Positions 1 through 11,704 are shown, counted from the stretch's first letter. The stretch: DNA of 64,000 bases from an uncultured Methanoregulaceae archaeon (GCA_963737635.1 CAVTTL010000001.1:256001-320000); one strand, 5' to 3'. The notes: generated from the sequence alone by a model not told the origin. Numbers and translations: made by a program.

Positions 1-564
1 CGAGGTCGATGTAAAAATCGCCATCATGATCACGCCCACGCCAAAGAACTGGATATACTGGATATCCCCGTAGATCTTATCGATAATGATCGGATTGTTT
101 GCCCCAAGGCTCTGCAGGACCTGGGTTACTGCTTCCTGGACCAGCGGGGGTGTTACGGAATCAGAACTGTCGACGTAAACTCGTACCGCGTTATCGTTTG
201 AAACGGATGATGGAAATACAATAACTGCAGATAATTTCCCGTTATCCAAGTCTTGTTTGGCCTGGGCTTCATCCGTGTAAATGGTCACGTCAAGCTGTTT
301 TTCTGCATCATTCTGGCTGCCTTGGCTGATATGGTTAAGCTGGTATGCGGCGCTTGTAAAGAGTGGCGTATCGTTGTAAGGTGGGGCTTCCTGGACGACA
401 CCGACCTGGATGTGACTGAGGGTTCCCCCAAGCGCGTTCCCGAAGACGATCAGGTACATGACTGGTATGAGAAGGGTCATCACGATGATAACCGGGTTGC
501 TCAGGAACTTCTTGATGTCCCGTTTGAAGATGGCAATGGCGCTCTTCAATGCCACAGGCATCAT
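1..564 (-). CDS. ABC-2 type exporter permease (3' part outside window)
   Basis: Read manually: MMPVALKSAIAIFKRDIKKFLSNPVIIVMTLLIPVMYLIVFGNALGG...; start overlaps the ATPase stop (ATGA). Confidence 0.85.
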   Translation of the reverse strand, partial: MMPVALKSAIAIFKRDIKKFLSNPVIIVMTLLIPVMYLIVFGNALGGTLSHIQVGVVQEAPPYNDTPLFTSAAYQLNHISQGSQNDAEKQLDVTIYTDEAQAKQDLDNGKLSAVIVFPSSVSNDNAVRVYVDSSDSVTPPLVQEAVTQVLQSLGANNPIIIDKIYGDIQYIQFFGVGVIMMAIFTSTS

Positions 565-1610
565 GGGGACTGCCTCCTGCCTGTTACAAGTGTGTGGTTC
601 CCGTCTCCATTGCCGCTATCAATCCCCTTGCCGGTCAGGTAGATGAATATGTCCTCAAGCGAAGGGGACCGTATAGAGATGGAGATAATGGGAATCTGGA
701 ATTTATCGAAGACAGTAAGGATGGAAGGGATCACCCGGCTGCCATTTGTCGCCGATATAGTCACCATATGTTCTACTACAGACACCGCGTTGACAAGGTC
801 GATCTTCCGGATTGCTTCTTCTGCGAGCGGGTCCATATGAGCTATACCGATCTCGATGAGGTCACCGGCCGGTATCAGTTGCCGAAGCTTTTCCATGCTG
901 TCAAGAGCGAGCAGTCTTCCCTGATCCACAAAAGCGATCCGGCCGCAGAGTTTTTCTGCCTCATCCATGTAGTGGGTGGTGAGAATGATCGTCGTATTGT
1001 CCCGGTTAAGCATCTGGATCTGATGCCAGACCTCCCTACGGGCATCAGGGTCGAGACCGATGGTAGGTTCGTCCAGGAAAAGGATAAGAGGACGATGGAT
1101 GAATGCCCGGACGATCTCGAGCTTGCGCTTCATACCCCCGGAGAACGTGCTCACCGGCATATAGGCGCGGTCGGCAAGGCCTGCCATTGTTAAGAGTTCC
1201 ATGATCCGGTCCGGGAGGATATTGTCGGGAACGTTCTGGAGTTTTCCGTAGAACTCGAGGTTATCGTACGCAGTAAGCTCAACGTCGCTTGTGTAATTCT
1301 GGGGACAAACACCGATGATAGACCGGATCATCTCCGGGTCCTTTGTGATGTCGTAATTGTTGACGAATGCCTGGCCCGATGTAGGGGCAAGCAGGGTCGT
1401 GAGGATCCTGATAAGGGTACTTTTCCCTGCACCATTTGATCCGAGAAGCCCGAAGATCTCGCCTTTCATGACCTCAAAAGAGATGTCATTGTTGGCGATC
1501 ACCGTCTTTGTCTTGCTAGCAAAAACCTTGGATAGATGATCGATACGGATGATTGCCGAACCATCCGCCACTCTCTCGTTGATTGTCTGATCCATCGTTG
1601 CGTCAATCAT
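561..1610 (-). CDS. ABC exporter ATP-binding protein (DrrA-like)
   Basis: Walker A GSNGAGKST, signature FSGGMKR, Walker B LFLDEPT. Confidence 0.93.
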   Translation of the reverse strand: MIDATMDQTINERVADGSAIIRIDHLSKVFASKTKTVIANNDISFEVMKGEIFGLLGSNGAGKSTLIRILTTLLAPTSGQAFVNNYDITKDPEMIRSIIGVCPQNYTSDVELTAYDNLEFYGKLQNVPDNILPDRIMELLTMAGLADRAYMPVSTFSGGMKRKLEIVRAFIHRPLILFLDEPTIGLDPDARREVWHQIQMLNRDNTTIILTTHYMDEAEKLCGRIAFVDQGRLLALDSMEKLRQLIPAGDLIEIGIAHMDPLAEEAIRKIDLVNAVSVVEHMVTISATNGSRVIPSILTVFDKFQIPIISISIRSPSLEDIFIYLTGKGIDSGNGDGNHTLVTGRRQSP

Positions 1611-1834
1611 GAAGATCCTACAAACGCTGAAGACCTGTCACCGGTTTGGCATCTGTTTGGGCATTTTTTGGAATATTAACGAGGCAGGATATCACTTTTT
1701 CATGAGTCCACTTTATGTACATATATTAAAACTCTCCATAATTTCATAATAAATGAATGATTGTTCAGTATAAAAAAGTATTTGGTTAGTGAAAATGATA
1801 TAAGGTAGAAACATTATGAATGGTATAAGAGTCT

Positions 1835-2458
1835 ATGACAAGAGTTTTCCAGAAATACAAAGATGAATACAAGGACGAGGCAAGAAAGAGGATACTGGAC
1901 GCAGCACTAGAAGTGGTGAAGAAAAAAGGGTACCAGTCTATCACCCTTGATGACATAGCTGATGAAGTCGGTGTCACCAAAGGCACGCTCTACCTCTATT
2001 TTAAAAATAAAGGAGATCTCTTCAAAAATGTTTTTACTGAGATGGCAAAATCGTTTAAGGAAACGATGGAATACCAGCTCATAGAAAGTAATGATCTCGA
2101 CACATCGCTCAGTTGTATGATAGATGAAATCATTGCTGTAAACAAAGAATTTGGCATTGAAAACAACCTCGCCATGATCAGTGAGTGGTTCGCCGTTGCC
2201 ATTCGCGATCCGTCAGCACAACAAATGTTTAAAGAAATGATAACATGCGGTAGGAAATCTTTTGGAGAGCGCGTGCGGATTCTCCAGGAAAAAAAGATGG
2301 TACCGGGAACTGTTGACGTGGAGGCGGCAACACTAGGAATTATGGCCCTCATAGTCTCGGTCAAGATCATGATGTTCCTTGGCGAAGATGAGATCGAGAT
2401 CAAAAAATGGTGGATCAGCTCGGCGAAGAAATTGCTCGATGTGCCAAGTACGGAATGA
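1835..2458 (+). CDS. TetR/AcrR family regulator
   Basis: HTH TLDDIADEVGVTKGTLYLYFKNK; divergent from the ABC operon. Confidence 0.92.
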   Translation: MTRVFQKYKDEYKDEARKRILDAALEVVKKKGYQSITLDDIADEVGVTKGTLYLYFKNKGDLFKNVFTEMAKSFKETMEYQLIESNDLDTSLSCMIDEIIAVNKEFGIENNLAMISEWFAVAIRDPSAQQMFKEMITCGRKSFGERVRILQEKKMVPGTVDVEAATLGIMALIVSVKIMMFLGEDEIEIKKWWISSAKKLLDVPSTE

Positions 2459-2594
2459 CCGGACTAATACGTGGGGGTGCGGATAGATTCTTGGGACTCG
2501 GGATAATTCCCGCAAATCATTACGTCGTAAAAATTGGTATTTTTCACCAATTTTTTCCGCAAAGTCCTATTAACCTATCAGAACCGACCGGATC

Positions 2595-4025
2595 TCAGTT
2601 CCTGACCGGATGACTGTTTTTGTCGCCGCGTCCAATCCCTTTGTAAATGAACCCGGTCTCTATGCAGGCATCCGGATCGATGATATTCCTGCCGTCCACG
2701 ATGACCGGGTGTTTTTTCCCGGTAAGCGCCTTGACCTGCTTGGGATCGAGTGTGCGGTACTGGTTGTGCCCGGCAAAGATAACCACTGCATCAGCTCCTT
2801 GCAGGGTATCCTCAAGCGAGAGTGTAAGGGTCAGGCCCGGGGCATGTTCTACATAGGGATCGTGAACCGCAACCGTGGCCCCGGCGGCGATGAGGGCGTC
2901 GCGGTACGGTTCCGAAGGCGTGTTCCTCGTATCGTCGGAATTGGCAAGGAACGCCCAGCCAAGGAGTGCGATCTTTGCCCCTTTTATCGAGACACACGCC
3001 CGGGCGAGACCATCCGCAGTGAGTCGGACCATGTGCCGGGGCATGAAGTCGTTGATGGTACGGGCAAGCACAAACAGCGAAGGTTCGTTTTTGGGATAGT
3101 CAAGCAACCCCTTTCCCAGCTGCTGCACGCCGCGTTCGAGGTGGTAGGTGTCTTTGGTGAGACAGTGGCCGCCCACCCCGGCACCGGGCCAGAGCATCGC
3201 ACGGGTGATCCCGTCTCCCTTGAGGCTGTCGACTCCCGCCCGCACGTCGTAGAAGTTGATCCCCATCACCTCGCAGTAGAGTGCCAGTTCGTTTGCCGCC
3301 GCAATCTGGAGGTCGCGAAAGGTGTTCTCTGCGGTTTTGGTGACCTCGGCCGCCGTAGCGGTCATCGGGATCACCTTCCCGATCGTTAAGACCGGGGAGT
3401 ATAATTCGGCTGCACGGCTCGTGCTTACCGGATCGATCCCGCCCACGATCCGGTCATGTTCCCGGATGTTCCGGATCAGCCGGCCCACCATCACCCGTTC
3501 AGGAGCATGGGCAAGCGCAAAGTCTGTCCCCGCGACAAGGCCGGACTCCTCTTCAAGCATGGAGCGGGCCGGGCCGGCAGTCGTACCCGGTGTGATCGTG
3601 GATTCAAGGACGACAAGCATCCCGGACCGGAGATTGCGGCCTACATGCCGGATGCCCTCGTTCAGCGCCGAGAAATCAGGGATCAGATCTTCCTTGTTCT
3701 TAAACGGTGTCTGGATGGAGAGCGTCACGGCATCAAGACCGGCAATCTTCGAAAAGTCGGTCGTGCATGCGAACTTTTTTGTTTTAACGATTTTCCTGAG
3801 CAGGTCTTCAAGCCCCGGTTCCTCACCTTTGAGCGGGCTCTCGCCCCGGTTGAGCATCGCGATCTTGTATCCCGATGACGGCGAGTCCCGCTGGAAGCCG
3901 TACACGTGCTCAAAACACGGGGCATCGGCAAACAGTGCGGCGGCCGGGATACCCACATATCCCATGCCGATAACCCCGATCGTTTTGATCGGCCCCCGCT
4001 TCCTGATCAATGCTTCGAGTGTCAT
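2595..4025 (-). CDS. Nucleotide-sugar 6-dehydrogenase (WbpA/WecC family)
   Basis: GMGYVG Rossmann motif, LESTITPGTT, HAPER, GVGGHCL, DDTRNTP. Confidence 0.92.
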   Translation of the reverse strand: MTLEALIRKRGPIKTIGVIGMGYVGIPAAALFADAPCFEHVYGFQRDSPSSGYKIAMLNRGESPLKGEEPGLEDLLRKIVKTKKFACTTDFSKIAGLDAVTLSIQTPFKNKEDLIPDFSALNEGIRHVGRNLRSGMLVVLESTITPGTTAGPARSMLEEESGLVAGTDFALAHAPERVMVGRLIRNIREHDRIVGGIDPVSTSRAAELYSPVLTIGKVIPMTATAAEVTKTAENTFRDLQIAAANELALYCEVMGINFYDVRAGVDSLKGDGITRAMLWPGAGVGGHCLTKDTYHLERGVQQLGKGLLDYPKNEPSLFVLARTINDFMPRHMVRLTADGLARACVSIKGAKIALLGWAFLANSDDTRNTPSEPYRDALIAAGATVAVHDPYVEHAPGLTLTLSLEDTLQGADAVVIFAGHNQYRTLDPKQVKALTGKKHPVIVDGRNIIDPDACIETGFIYKGIGRGDKNSHPVRN

Positions 4026-4936
4026 GACGGCAGGAAACCGGCCTGGATCTGCTCGCCGACTTCAAGGTTGCGGATCGCCTGCTCGGGGGTCACCGGGAAG
4101 GGTATATGCTTCTTTGCGCATTCGATAAAGGTTGACAGCTCCACTTTCAGGGGTTCGACTTTGTTGACCATCACCTTCTCGATGATGTTCTCCTGGACGT
4201 ACCGTTCGTTCTCGAACTGGTACTGGCCGGGCTTACGGTAGATCGTGACCTCCTGGCTCATGAAGTCACCTTCGACCGTGAAATCCTCTTCCTCGATATA
4301 GATCATCCGGATCTTCTTTGACGCTTTGCGGCTTGCAGAGAGCGCTACGGGTACGCCCCCGCACTCCATGAGCACGCTGCACAGGTCGGCATTGCCTACC
4401 GAATGGATATGGCACGGATTGGGGAAAAACGCGTTCAGGATAATATCGATATCGTGGATCATCAGATCTTCGACAACGGAGTCTCCCGTTACCCGGGCAG
4501 ACGCCGGGTTGTGCCGTTTCATTTCGATGAAAAGGGGTTTTGTCACGATCTTCTTTATCTCGGCAACGATCGGGTTGAAGCGCTCGATGTGGCCAACCCC
4601 GATCGTGACATCCCGGGGAGCACCGGCCATGAGCGTCCTGGCATCTGCGGCAGTTGCACAGATCGGTTTTTCGATGAACGTGTGTTTTTTAGCGGAAAAG
4701 ACCTGTCTGGCTACTGCTGCATGATATTGCGTCGGTACACAGACACTGACCGCATCCACGTGGGAAAGCAGATCTTCGACGGTCTTGTACACGGTCGCAC
4801 CGTGCTGCGTTCCTATGGCTGTGGCAGCCTGTGCATTCACGTCGCAGACCCCAAGATGTCCGACGCTTTTGAGTTCTGAGTAGATACGGACGTGGTTTTT
4901 TCCCATCGATCCGACACCGATAACACCGACATCCAT
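4022..4936 (-). CDS. Gfo/Idh/MocA oxidoreductase (WbpB/WlbA-like)
   Basis: GVGSMG, IEKP, GHIERFNP, DLMIHDID. Confidence 0.88.
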   Translation of the reverse strand: MDVGVIGVGSMGKNHVRIYSELKSVGHLGVCDVNAQAATAIGTQHGATVYKTVEDLLSHVDAVSVCVPTQYHAAVARQVFSAKKHTFIEKPICATAADARTLMAGAPRDVTIGVGHIERFNPIVAEIKKIVTKPLFIEMKRHNPASARVTGDSVVEDLMIHDIDIILNAFFPNPCHIHSVGNADLCSVLMECGGVPVALSASRKASKKIRMIYIEEEDFTVEGDFMSQEVTIYRKPGQYQFENERYVQENIIEKVMVNKVEPLKVELSTFIECAKKHIPFPVTPEQAIRNLEVGEQIQAGFLPS

Positions 4937-4937
4937 G

Positions 4938-6029
4938 TTATTTCACCTTATTTACCATCTCGCAGACATACGCGAGGTCTTTTGTGTCAAGCGACGGGTG
5001 TACCGGGAGGGAGAGCACCGATGCAGCAAGCCGGGTCGCCACCGGGCAGGGATCCGGTTCTGCCACCGGTGCATACAGGGGCTGGCGGTGGATCGGTATC
5101 GGGTAGTGCACGGCTGATCCTATCCCTTTTCCTTTGAGATAGTCTATAAACGCGGTCCGGGAGAGGGGGAACTCCTCGGTAAGCCGGATGACGTACTGAT
5201 GGTATACATGCTGCACGTTATCGGAACTTTTGGGCCTGACCAGTCCTTTTGCCGAAAGGTTTGCCGTATAGTATTCCGCGTTTTTTCTCCGGCGCAGGTT
5301 GAACTTGTCCAGTTTTTTGAGTTGCACGATCCCGATTGCCGCGGCAATATCGGTCATACGGTAATTGTAGCCAAGCACCGTGTGGAGATATTTCTCGCTC
5401 TGGCCATGGTTGATGAGAAGCCTGAGCCGGTCGGCGATCGGCTTGTCGCTTGTCGTGATCATCCCACCCTCGCCCGTCATCATGTTCTTTGTGGCATAGA
5501 ACGAGAAACACCCGGCCCTGCCGAAATTGCCTACCTTGGTGCCGTGGTACAGGGCACCGTGGGCCTGTGCTGCGTCCTCGATGAGCGAAAGGCTGTGTGC
5601 CTCGCAGATCTCTTGGATGGGGCCGACATCGAACGGCTGGCCGAAGAGATGGACGCCGATGACTGCCTTCGTCTTTGGCGTAATGCGTTCATTAACCTGA
5701 TCGGCACGGATAGCGAAGGTCTGCTCGTCCACATCGGCAAAGACCGGTTTTGCACCGCACATCGAGACTGCGGTTGCGGTCGCGATGAATGAGAATGCCG
5801 GTACGATCACCTCATCGCCGGGGCCGATACCGGACGCCAGAAGGGCCGTATGAAGAGCGGCAGTCCCGTTATTGACCGCTACTGCCTGAGCAGTGCCACA
5901 GTACGAGGCGAACTTCTGCTCGAATTCCGCAACTCGTTCCCCTTGTGCCAGCATACCGGACTTCAAAACGTCCGTTACTGCCGACACTTCTTCCGGGCCG
6001 ATCACTGGTCGCGCTATGGGTATCTGCAT
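4938..6029 (-). CDS. DegT/DnrJ/EryC1/StrS aminotransferase (WbpE-like)
   Basis: EDAAQAHGA, SFYATKNMMTGEGG, GYNYRM; likely start MQIPIARP. Confidence 0.92.
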   Translation of the reverse strand: MQIPIARPVIGPEEVSAVTDVLKSGMLAQGERVAEFEQKFASYCGTAQAVAVNNGTAALHTALLASGIGPGDEVIVPAFSFIATATAVSMCGAKPVFADVDEQTFAIRADQVNERITPKTKAVIGVHLFGQPFDVGPIQEICEAHSLSLIEDAAQAHGALYHGTKVGNFGRAGCFSFYATKNMMTGEGGMITTSDKPIADRLRLLINHGQSEKYLHTVLGYNYRMTDIAAAIGIVQLKKLDKFNLRRRKNAEYYTANLSAKGLVRPKSSDNVQHVYHQYVIRLTEEFPLSRTAFIDYLKGKGIGSAVHYPIPIHRQPLYAPVAEPDPCPVATRLAASVLSLPVHPSLDTKDLAYVCEMVNKVK

Positions 6030-6090
6030 GCCTCGTGTTCCTGGAAAAAAATTAACGCCTTCCATAGGTACATGGGCACAATCCCGATAA

Positions 6091-7102
<1,012 letters not shown>

Positions 7103-7106
<4 letters not shown>

Positions 7107-7597
7107 AGCATATCGCCCCTGCCGGAAACGATGATGGTCAAGCAGAAGATCTCCTGATACGGCGGATCAAAAACGGTACCGTGATCGATCACATAGACGG
7201 CGGAGAAGCGCTCAACGTGGTAAAGATCCTCGGGATCGTGGGGACAACGACAGAAGCGCTCTCGATCGCGACCAATGTCCCCAGTGGCGAGATGGGGATG
7301 AAGGATATCGTCAAGATCTCCAACCGCGAGCTCTCCAAAGAGGAGGTCGACCGGATCGCGCTCATCTCACCCCGGGCGACCATCAACATTGTCAGGAACT
7401 TCAAGGTCTGCGAAAAGAAGGGTGTCGAGATCCCGACGCTGATCGTAGGCAGCGTCCGGTGCCCCAATCCCGGCTGCATCACCCGGACAAACGAACCGAT
7501 CAAGAGCAGGTTTGAAGTGCTCCCGGACGGAAAGGGCCTGCGCTGCATCTACTGTGATTCTGTCATCACCAAGGATCTGACCAGTTATATCATATAA
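7103..7597 (+). CDS. pyrI: Aspartate carbamoyltransferase regulatory subunit
   Basis: IKNGTVIDHI, CPNPGCIT, CIYCD zinc site; follows pyrB. Confidence 0.95.
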
Positions 7598-7636
7598 CCG
7601 GGGATGTTCGCCCGGACGTCCTGATCCTGCCTTTAG

Positions 7637-8131
7637 TTATTCAGATACTGTGTGGATCAGGTGCCCGTGCGCATCGATCTCGCCCCGCCAGATACGGGTA
7701 GAAGAGATCCAGCGGCCGTCGTCGGCAAGCACGCAGGTGATCTGGTGGATGTCCACTTTGCGCAGGTTCTTCCCGCGCCGCAGCTTGTTGATCTCGACTG
7801 CGACCGGCAGGGTCTCCTCAGAAACGACAATTGCGTCAAAATCGGCATCAAGTGCTGAACCGAACCGGTCACCCAGCGGTTCGACTTCCCAGTGGGTGGC
7901 ATATTTTTTTTGCACAGCCCGTGTGGAGATAACGCTGGAAATGAATGCCTCAAGCTCGGCTTTTCGTTCGGCAAACGGGTGGATCGGGTGCGTCTTCCTG
8001 CTGGCAAACGAGTCGGTGGTGAGACCGATCACGACCTGTCCCTCAGGCCCGGCAAGTTCGAACGACCGGGTCAGAAGGCGTTTGTGGCCGTCGTGCAGCG
8101 GGTCAAAGGTGCCCCCTACCATAACCTTCAT
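7637..8131 (-). CDS. coaD: Archaeal phosphopantetheine adenylyltransferase
   Basis: GGTFDPLHDGH, IVVSEET, ISSTRI. Confidence 0.9.
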   Translation of the reverse strand: MKVMVGGTFDPLHDGHKRLLTRSFELAGPEGQVVIGLTTDSFASRKTHPIHPFAERKAELEAFISSVISTRAVQKKYATHWEVEPLGDRFGSALDADFDAIVVSEETLPVAVEINKLRRGKNLRKVDIHQITCVLADDGRWISSTRIWRGEIDAHGHLIHTVSE

Positions 8132-8161
8132 GCTGTCTGTACGTTAAGTTCCTATGGTATT

Positions 8162-8656
8162 ATGGGTATGGATAGGACGATCGCCGGCACCCCGCTCTGG
8201 TGTGCCCCCAACGCAACGGTGACAGGCAGGGTGACCGTAGGTACGGATGTCGGTATCTGGTTTGGGGCAGTTATCCGGGCCGACAAGGACCGGATCGCAA
8301 TCGGCGACCGGTCGAATATCCAGGACAACTGCGTCGTCCATACCAGCGCCGGGTTTCCCACAACCTTAGGCAGTGACGTGTCCGTGGGGCATGGGGCGAT
8401 CCTCCACGGCTGTACCATCAAAGACCGGGTGCTCGTCGGCATGGGTGCGATCGTCCTGAACGGTGCGGTGGTAGGGGAAGATTCCCTGATCGGTGCCGGG
8501 GCAGTTGTGACCGAGGGCATGCAGGTACCGCCCGGGTCGGTCGTGCTCGGCGTACCGGGAAAAGTCGTCAAAGAGACCACCCCCGCCCAGCGTGAACACA
8601 TCCTGCAGAATGCGCAGTCCTACGTCAGGCTCGCCGGGGAATATAGCCATGCGTGA
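8162..8656 (+). CDS. Gamma-carbonic anhydrase family hexapeptide-repeat protein
   Basis: SNIQDNCVVH, VGHGAILHGC; likely start 8162 or 8168. Confidence 0.9.
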   Translation: MGMDRTIAGTPLWCAPNATVTGRVTVGTDVGIWFGAVIRADKDRIAIGDRSNIQDNCVVHTSAGFPTTLGSDVSVGHGAILHGCTIKDRVLVGMGAIVLNGAVVGEDSLIGAGAVVTEGMQVPPGSVVLGVPGKVVKETTPAQREHILQNAQSYVRLAGEYSHA

Positions 8657-9938
8657 TGTCGTTGTTATCGGGGCCGGTGTCTCCGGCATACAAGCGGCGC
8701 TCGATCTCGCAAACCACGGTATGCTCGTCCATCTGATCGAGCGGGAGCCCACCATCGGCGGCCATATGGCGCAGCTCGACAAGACGTTTCCCACCAACGA
8801 CTGCTCCATGTGTATCCTCTCGCCCAAGATGGTGGATGTCCAGCGGCACCCGGGCATCCGGATCCATACCCTGTCTGAAGTTGTGGGTGTCAAAGGCGAT
8901 CCCGGGCACTTCCAGGTCACTGTCCGCGAACATCCGCGGTATATCGATATGGAGACGTGTACTGGCTGTGGCGACTGCGTCCAGATCTGCCCGGTCGAGG
9001 TCTACAACCGGTTCGACGCCGGTATCGGTGTCAGGAAAGCGATCTACAAGCCCCACCCGCAGGCTGTCCCCGACCGGGTCGTCAAGGACAAAGAGCACTG
9101 TATCGAATGCGGGCTCTGCTATGACGTGTGCGGGCCCGGTTCGATCCTGCGAGAGGACGGGGAGAAGGAGATCGTCATTGATGCCTCAGCCGTCATTGTC
9201 GCGACCGGGTACGAGGTCTTTGATGCCCGGAAGAAAAGCCCGTTCGGGTACCTGCACTTCCCTGACGTGATCACAAGCCTCGAACTGGAGCGGATGATCA
9301 ATGCAAGCGGGCCGACCGGAGGAAAGATCCGGCGTCTGAGTGACGGCAACGAGCCGGAGAGCATTGTCTTTATCCAGTGCGTGGGCTCGCGGGATATGCA
9401 GCTGTGCCGGCCCTGGTGTTCCTGTGTCTGCTGCATGCAGGCGATCAAGAACGCGATGCTCATCAAAGAGAAGCACCCGGAGATCGCAGTCACGATCTTC
9501 TACATGGATGTCCGGGCCTACGGGAAGGGGTACGAGGAATATTACGAACGGGCAAAGAGTGTCGGCGTCCGGTTCCTGCGGGGGATGCCCTCCGATGTGC
9601 AGGAAGATACCAGCGGCCTCTTTTTCCAAGTGGAGAACTCGGAGACCGGGGAGGTCGAGACTCTTCGCCCGGGCCTCGTGGTCCTCTCGGTCGGCATCCA
9701 GCCCACCGACGCGACGGCTGCGCTTGCGGATACCCTCGGTCTCCCGCGTGAAGAGACCGGGTTTATCCAGTCGGTGCATGACGCCATGGACACGGTCGGC
9801 ACGATCCGGCCGGGGATTTATGTAGCCGGCACCGCGGTCTCGCCCAAGGATATTCCCGACAGTGTAGCATCGGGCGAAGCGGCAGCGATGCGGGCGTTTG
9901 TGGGCGCACAAAAAGCAAAGAAGGTGCGATCCCGGTGA
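8649..9938 (+). CDS. hdrA: Short HdrA-like FAD/Fe-S protein
   Basis: GAGVSG, GGHMAQLDKTFPTNDCSMC, two ferredoxin motifs, QCVGSRD, CSCVCC, YMDVRAYGKGYE. Confidence 0.85.
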   Translation: MRDVVVIGAGVSGIQAALDLANHGMLVHLIEREPTIGGHMAQLDKTFPTNDCSMCILSPKMVDVQRHPGIRIHTLSEVVGVKGDPGHFQVTVREHPRYIDMETCTGCGDCVQICPVEVYNRFDAGIGVRKAIYKPHPQAVPDRVVKDKEHCIECGLCYDVCGPGSILREDGEKEIVIDASAVIVATGYEVFDARKKSPFGYLHFPDVITSLELERMINASGPTGGKIRRLSDGNEPESIVFIQCVGSRDMQLCRPWCSCVCCMQAIKNAMLIKEKHPEIAVTIFYMDVRAYGKGYEEYYERAKSVGVRFLRGMPSDVQEDTSGLFFQVENSETGEVETLRPGLVVLSVGIQPTDATAALADTLGLPREETGFIQSVHDAMDTVGTIRPGIYVAGTAVSPKDIPDSVASGEAAAMRAFVGAQKAKKVRSR

Positions 9939-10987
9939 ACGAGTCATTGACGCTCTGGTGGAACGAGGCGTTAGGCGGTATCCGGTACATCGACCAGACG
10001 CTCCTTCCCACAGAATATATAATCGTCGATTGTACGCGTGTCGACCGTCTCATCACAGCGATACAGCGGCTCGAGATCCGGGGGGCCCCGGCCCTTGGGG
10101 TTGCCGGGGGATACGGGGTCGCCCTTGCCGCCCTCACCTGTAACGAACGATCGTTGGGAGCATTTTCCCGGGCTGTACAAAAAGAGGCCGGACGTATCCG
10201 GGAGAGCAGGCCGACGGCCGTCAACTTGAGCTGGGGGGTCGACCGGGTGCTTGCAAAGATGCTTGCCGAGACCGACATCGCATCAGCCCGGGCAGCCGCA
10301 CTTCTTGAGGCACAGGTAATCGCCGCTGAGGACACCCGGTGCTGCCACGCCATCGGGACGCAGGGGGCCGCCCTCCTCCCCGATCAGTGCACCGTTCTCA
10401 CCCACTGCAACGCGGGGGCGCTTGCCTGTTCCTCGTGGGGAACGGCGCTTGGCGTGATCCGGTCTGCGGTAGAAGCCGGAAAAGAGATCAAGGTGATCGC
10501 CTGCGAAACCCGGCCGCTCCTGCAGGGTGCCCGGCTCACCGCGTGGGAACTCGCCCGGGACGGGATCGATGTCACCGTCATCACCGACTCGATGGCCGCC
10601 CATATGATGCGCACGGCGAAGATCGACTGCGTCATCGTCGGCGCCGACCGGATCACCGGCGATGCAGTCTTCAACAAGATCGGCACGTACATGCACGCGG
10701 TCTGCGCCCGCCACCATAGTATCCCGTTCTACGTGGTGGCTCCTTTCTCTACGTTTGATGCTTCCCGGAAGGAGCGCGAAGTCACGATTGAGGAGCGGGG
10801 GCGCGACGAGCTCGCAGTCATGGGAAACCGTACCCTGATTCCCGATGGTGTACCGGTGCGGAATTTCGCGTTCGATGCCACCCCCATGGAACTGGTCAGT
10901 GCTATTATCACTGAGCACGGCATTGTCCGACCGCCGTTTGACATCGGTGCACTCTTATCCCGCCCGGGATCCAACACTATACCGTAA
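9935..10987 (+). CDS. mtnA: Methylthioribose-1-phosphate isomerase
   Basis: RGAPALG, SRPTAVNL, LTHCNAGALA, ETRPLLQGARLTAWEL. Confidence 0.9.
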   Translation: MNESLTLWWNEALGGIRYIDQTLLPTEYIIVDCTRVDRLITAIQRLEIRGAPALGVAGGYGVALAALTCNERSLGAFSRAVQKEAGRIRESRPTAVNLSWGVDRVLAKMLAETDIASARAAALLEAQVIAAEDTRCCHAIGTQGAALLPDQCTVLTHCNAGALACSSWGTALGVIRSAVEAGKEIKVIACETRPLLQGARLTAWELARDGIDVTVITDSMAAHMMRTAKIDCVIVGADRITGDAVFNKIGTYMHAVCARHHSIPFYVVAPFSTFDASRKEREVTIEERGRDELAVMGNRTLIPDGVPVRNFAFDATPMELVSAIITEHGIVRPPFDIGALLSRPGSNTIP

Positions 10988-10993
10988 ACCACT

Positions 10994-11704
10994 ATGACCT
11001 TCCTGGATATCGATCTCAGCCAGTTTCACAGCCTGATGTACATCATCGGCGAACTGACCCTCGTATTTATCATCGGTGCCCTGCTGGTATCGTTTATTCT
11101 CGTCGTTATATCCCTGTACTCGATCAGGAGAGGGCAGCTCTATTTCCCCCGGCTCATCAAGGCAGGCACGGTCTTTCTCGAAGGGTTCATGAAAGCATTC
11201 TTCCGGCTGCTCGGGCTCGAAGACCGGGAGATGCTGACCTTCTTTATCAAGATCCACAATACCATGAACGCGAGCGCATTCTCGAAAGTTCCTCTTTCCC
11301 TGCGCGCGGTCTTTGTCCCCCAGTGCCTGCGGTCCGCAAAGTGCCCGGCGCACCTCACCCCGGAGGGGCTCAAATGCGTCAAATGCGGGCAGTGTACTCT
11401 CGGCGAGGCTGGTATCCTTCTTGAAAACCTGGGATACCGGGTCTTTATCATCCCCGGTTCGTCGTTTATCAAACGGATGGTCAGGAAATACCACCCGAAA
11501 GCAATCATCGGCGTCGGCTGCCTGACCGAGGTAAAAGAAGGGATCGACATGGCCGACAAGATCGGCCTCATCTCGATGGGTGTCGTGACCTTAAAGGAAG
11601 GATGTGTCGAGACTATCGTTAACTGGCAGGATATCTACGAGGTGGCGATCCTGGGCCTCGATCCGGCGTTAATTCCCGAAGACCTTCATGGTCTTACCGG
11701 TTAA
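10994..11704 (+). CDS. DUF116-like membrane protein
   Basis: N-terminal TM, PQCLR..CPA, CVKCGQC, PGSSF, GVGC. Confidence 0.8.
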   Translation: MTFLDIDLSQFHSLMYIIGELTLVFIIGALLVSFILVVISLYSIRRGQLYFPRLIKAGTVFLEGFMKAFFRLLGLEDREMLTFFIKIHNTMNASAFSKVPLSLRAVFVPQCLRSAKCPAHLTPEGLKCVKCGQCTLGEAGILLENLGYRVFIIPGSSFIKRMVRKYHPKAIIGVGCLTEVKEGIDMADKIGLISMGVVTLKEGCVETIVNWQDIYEVAILGLDPALIPEDLHGLTG

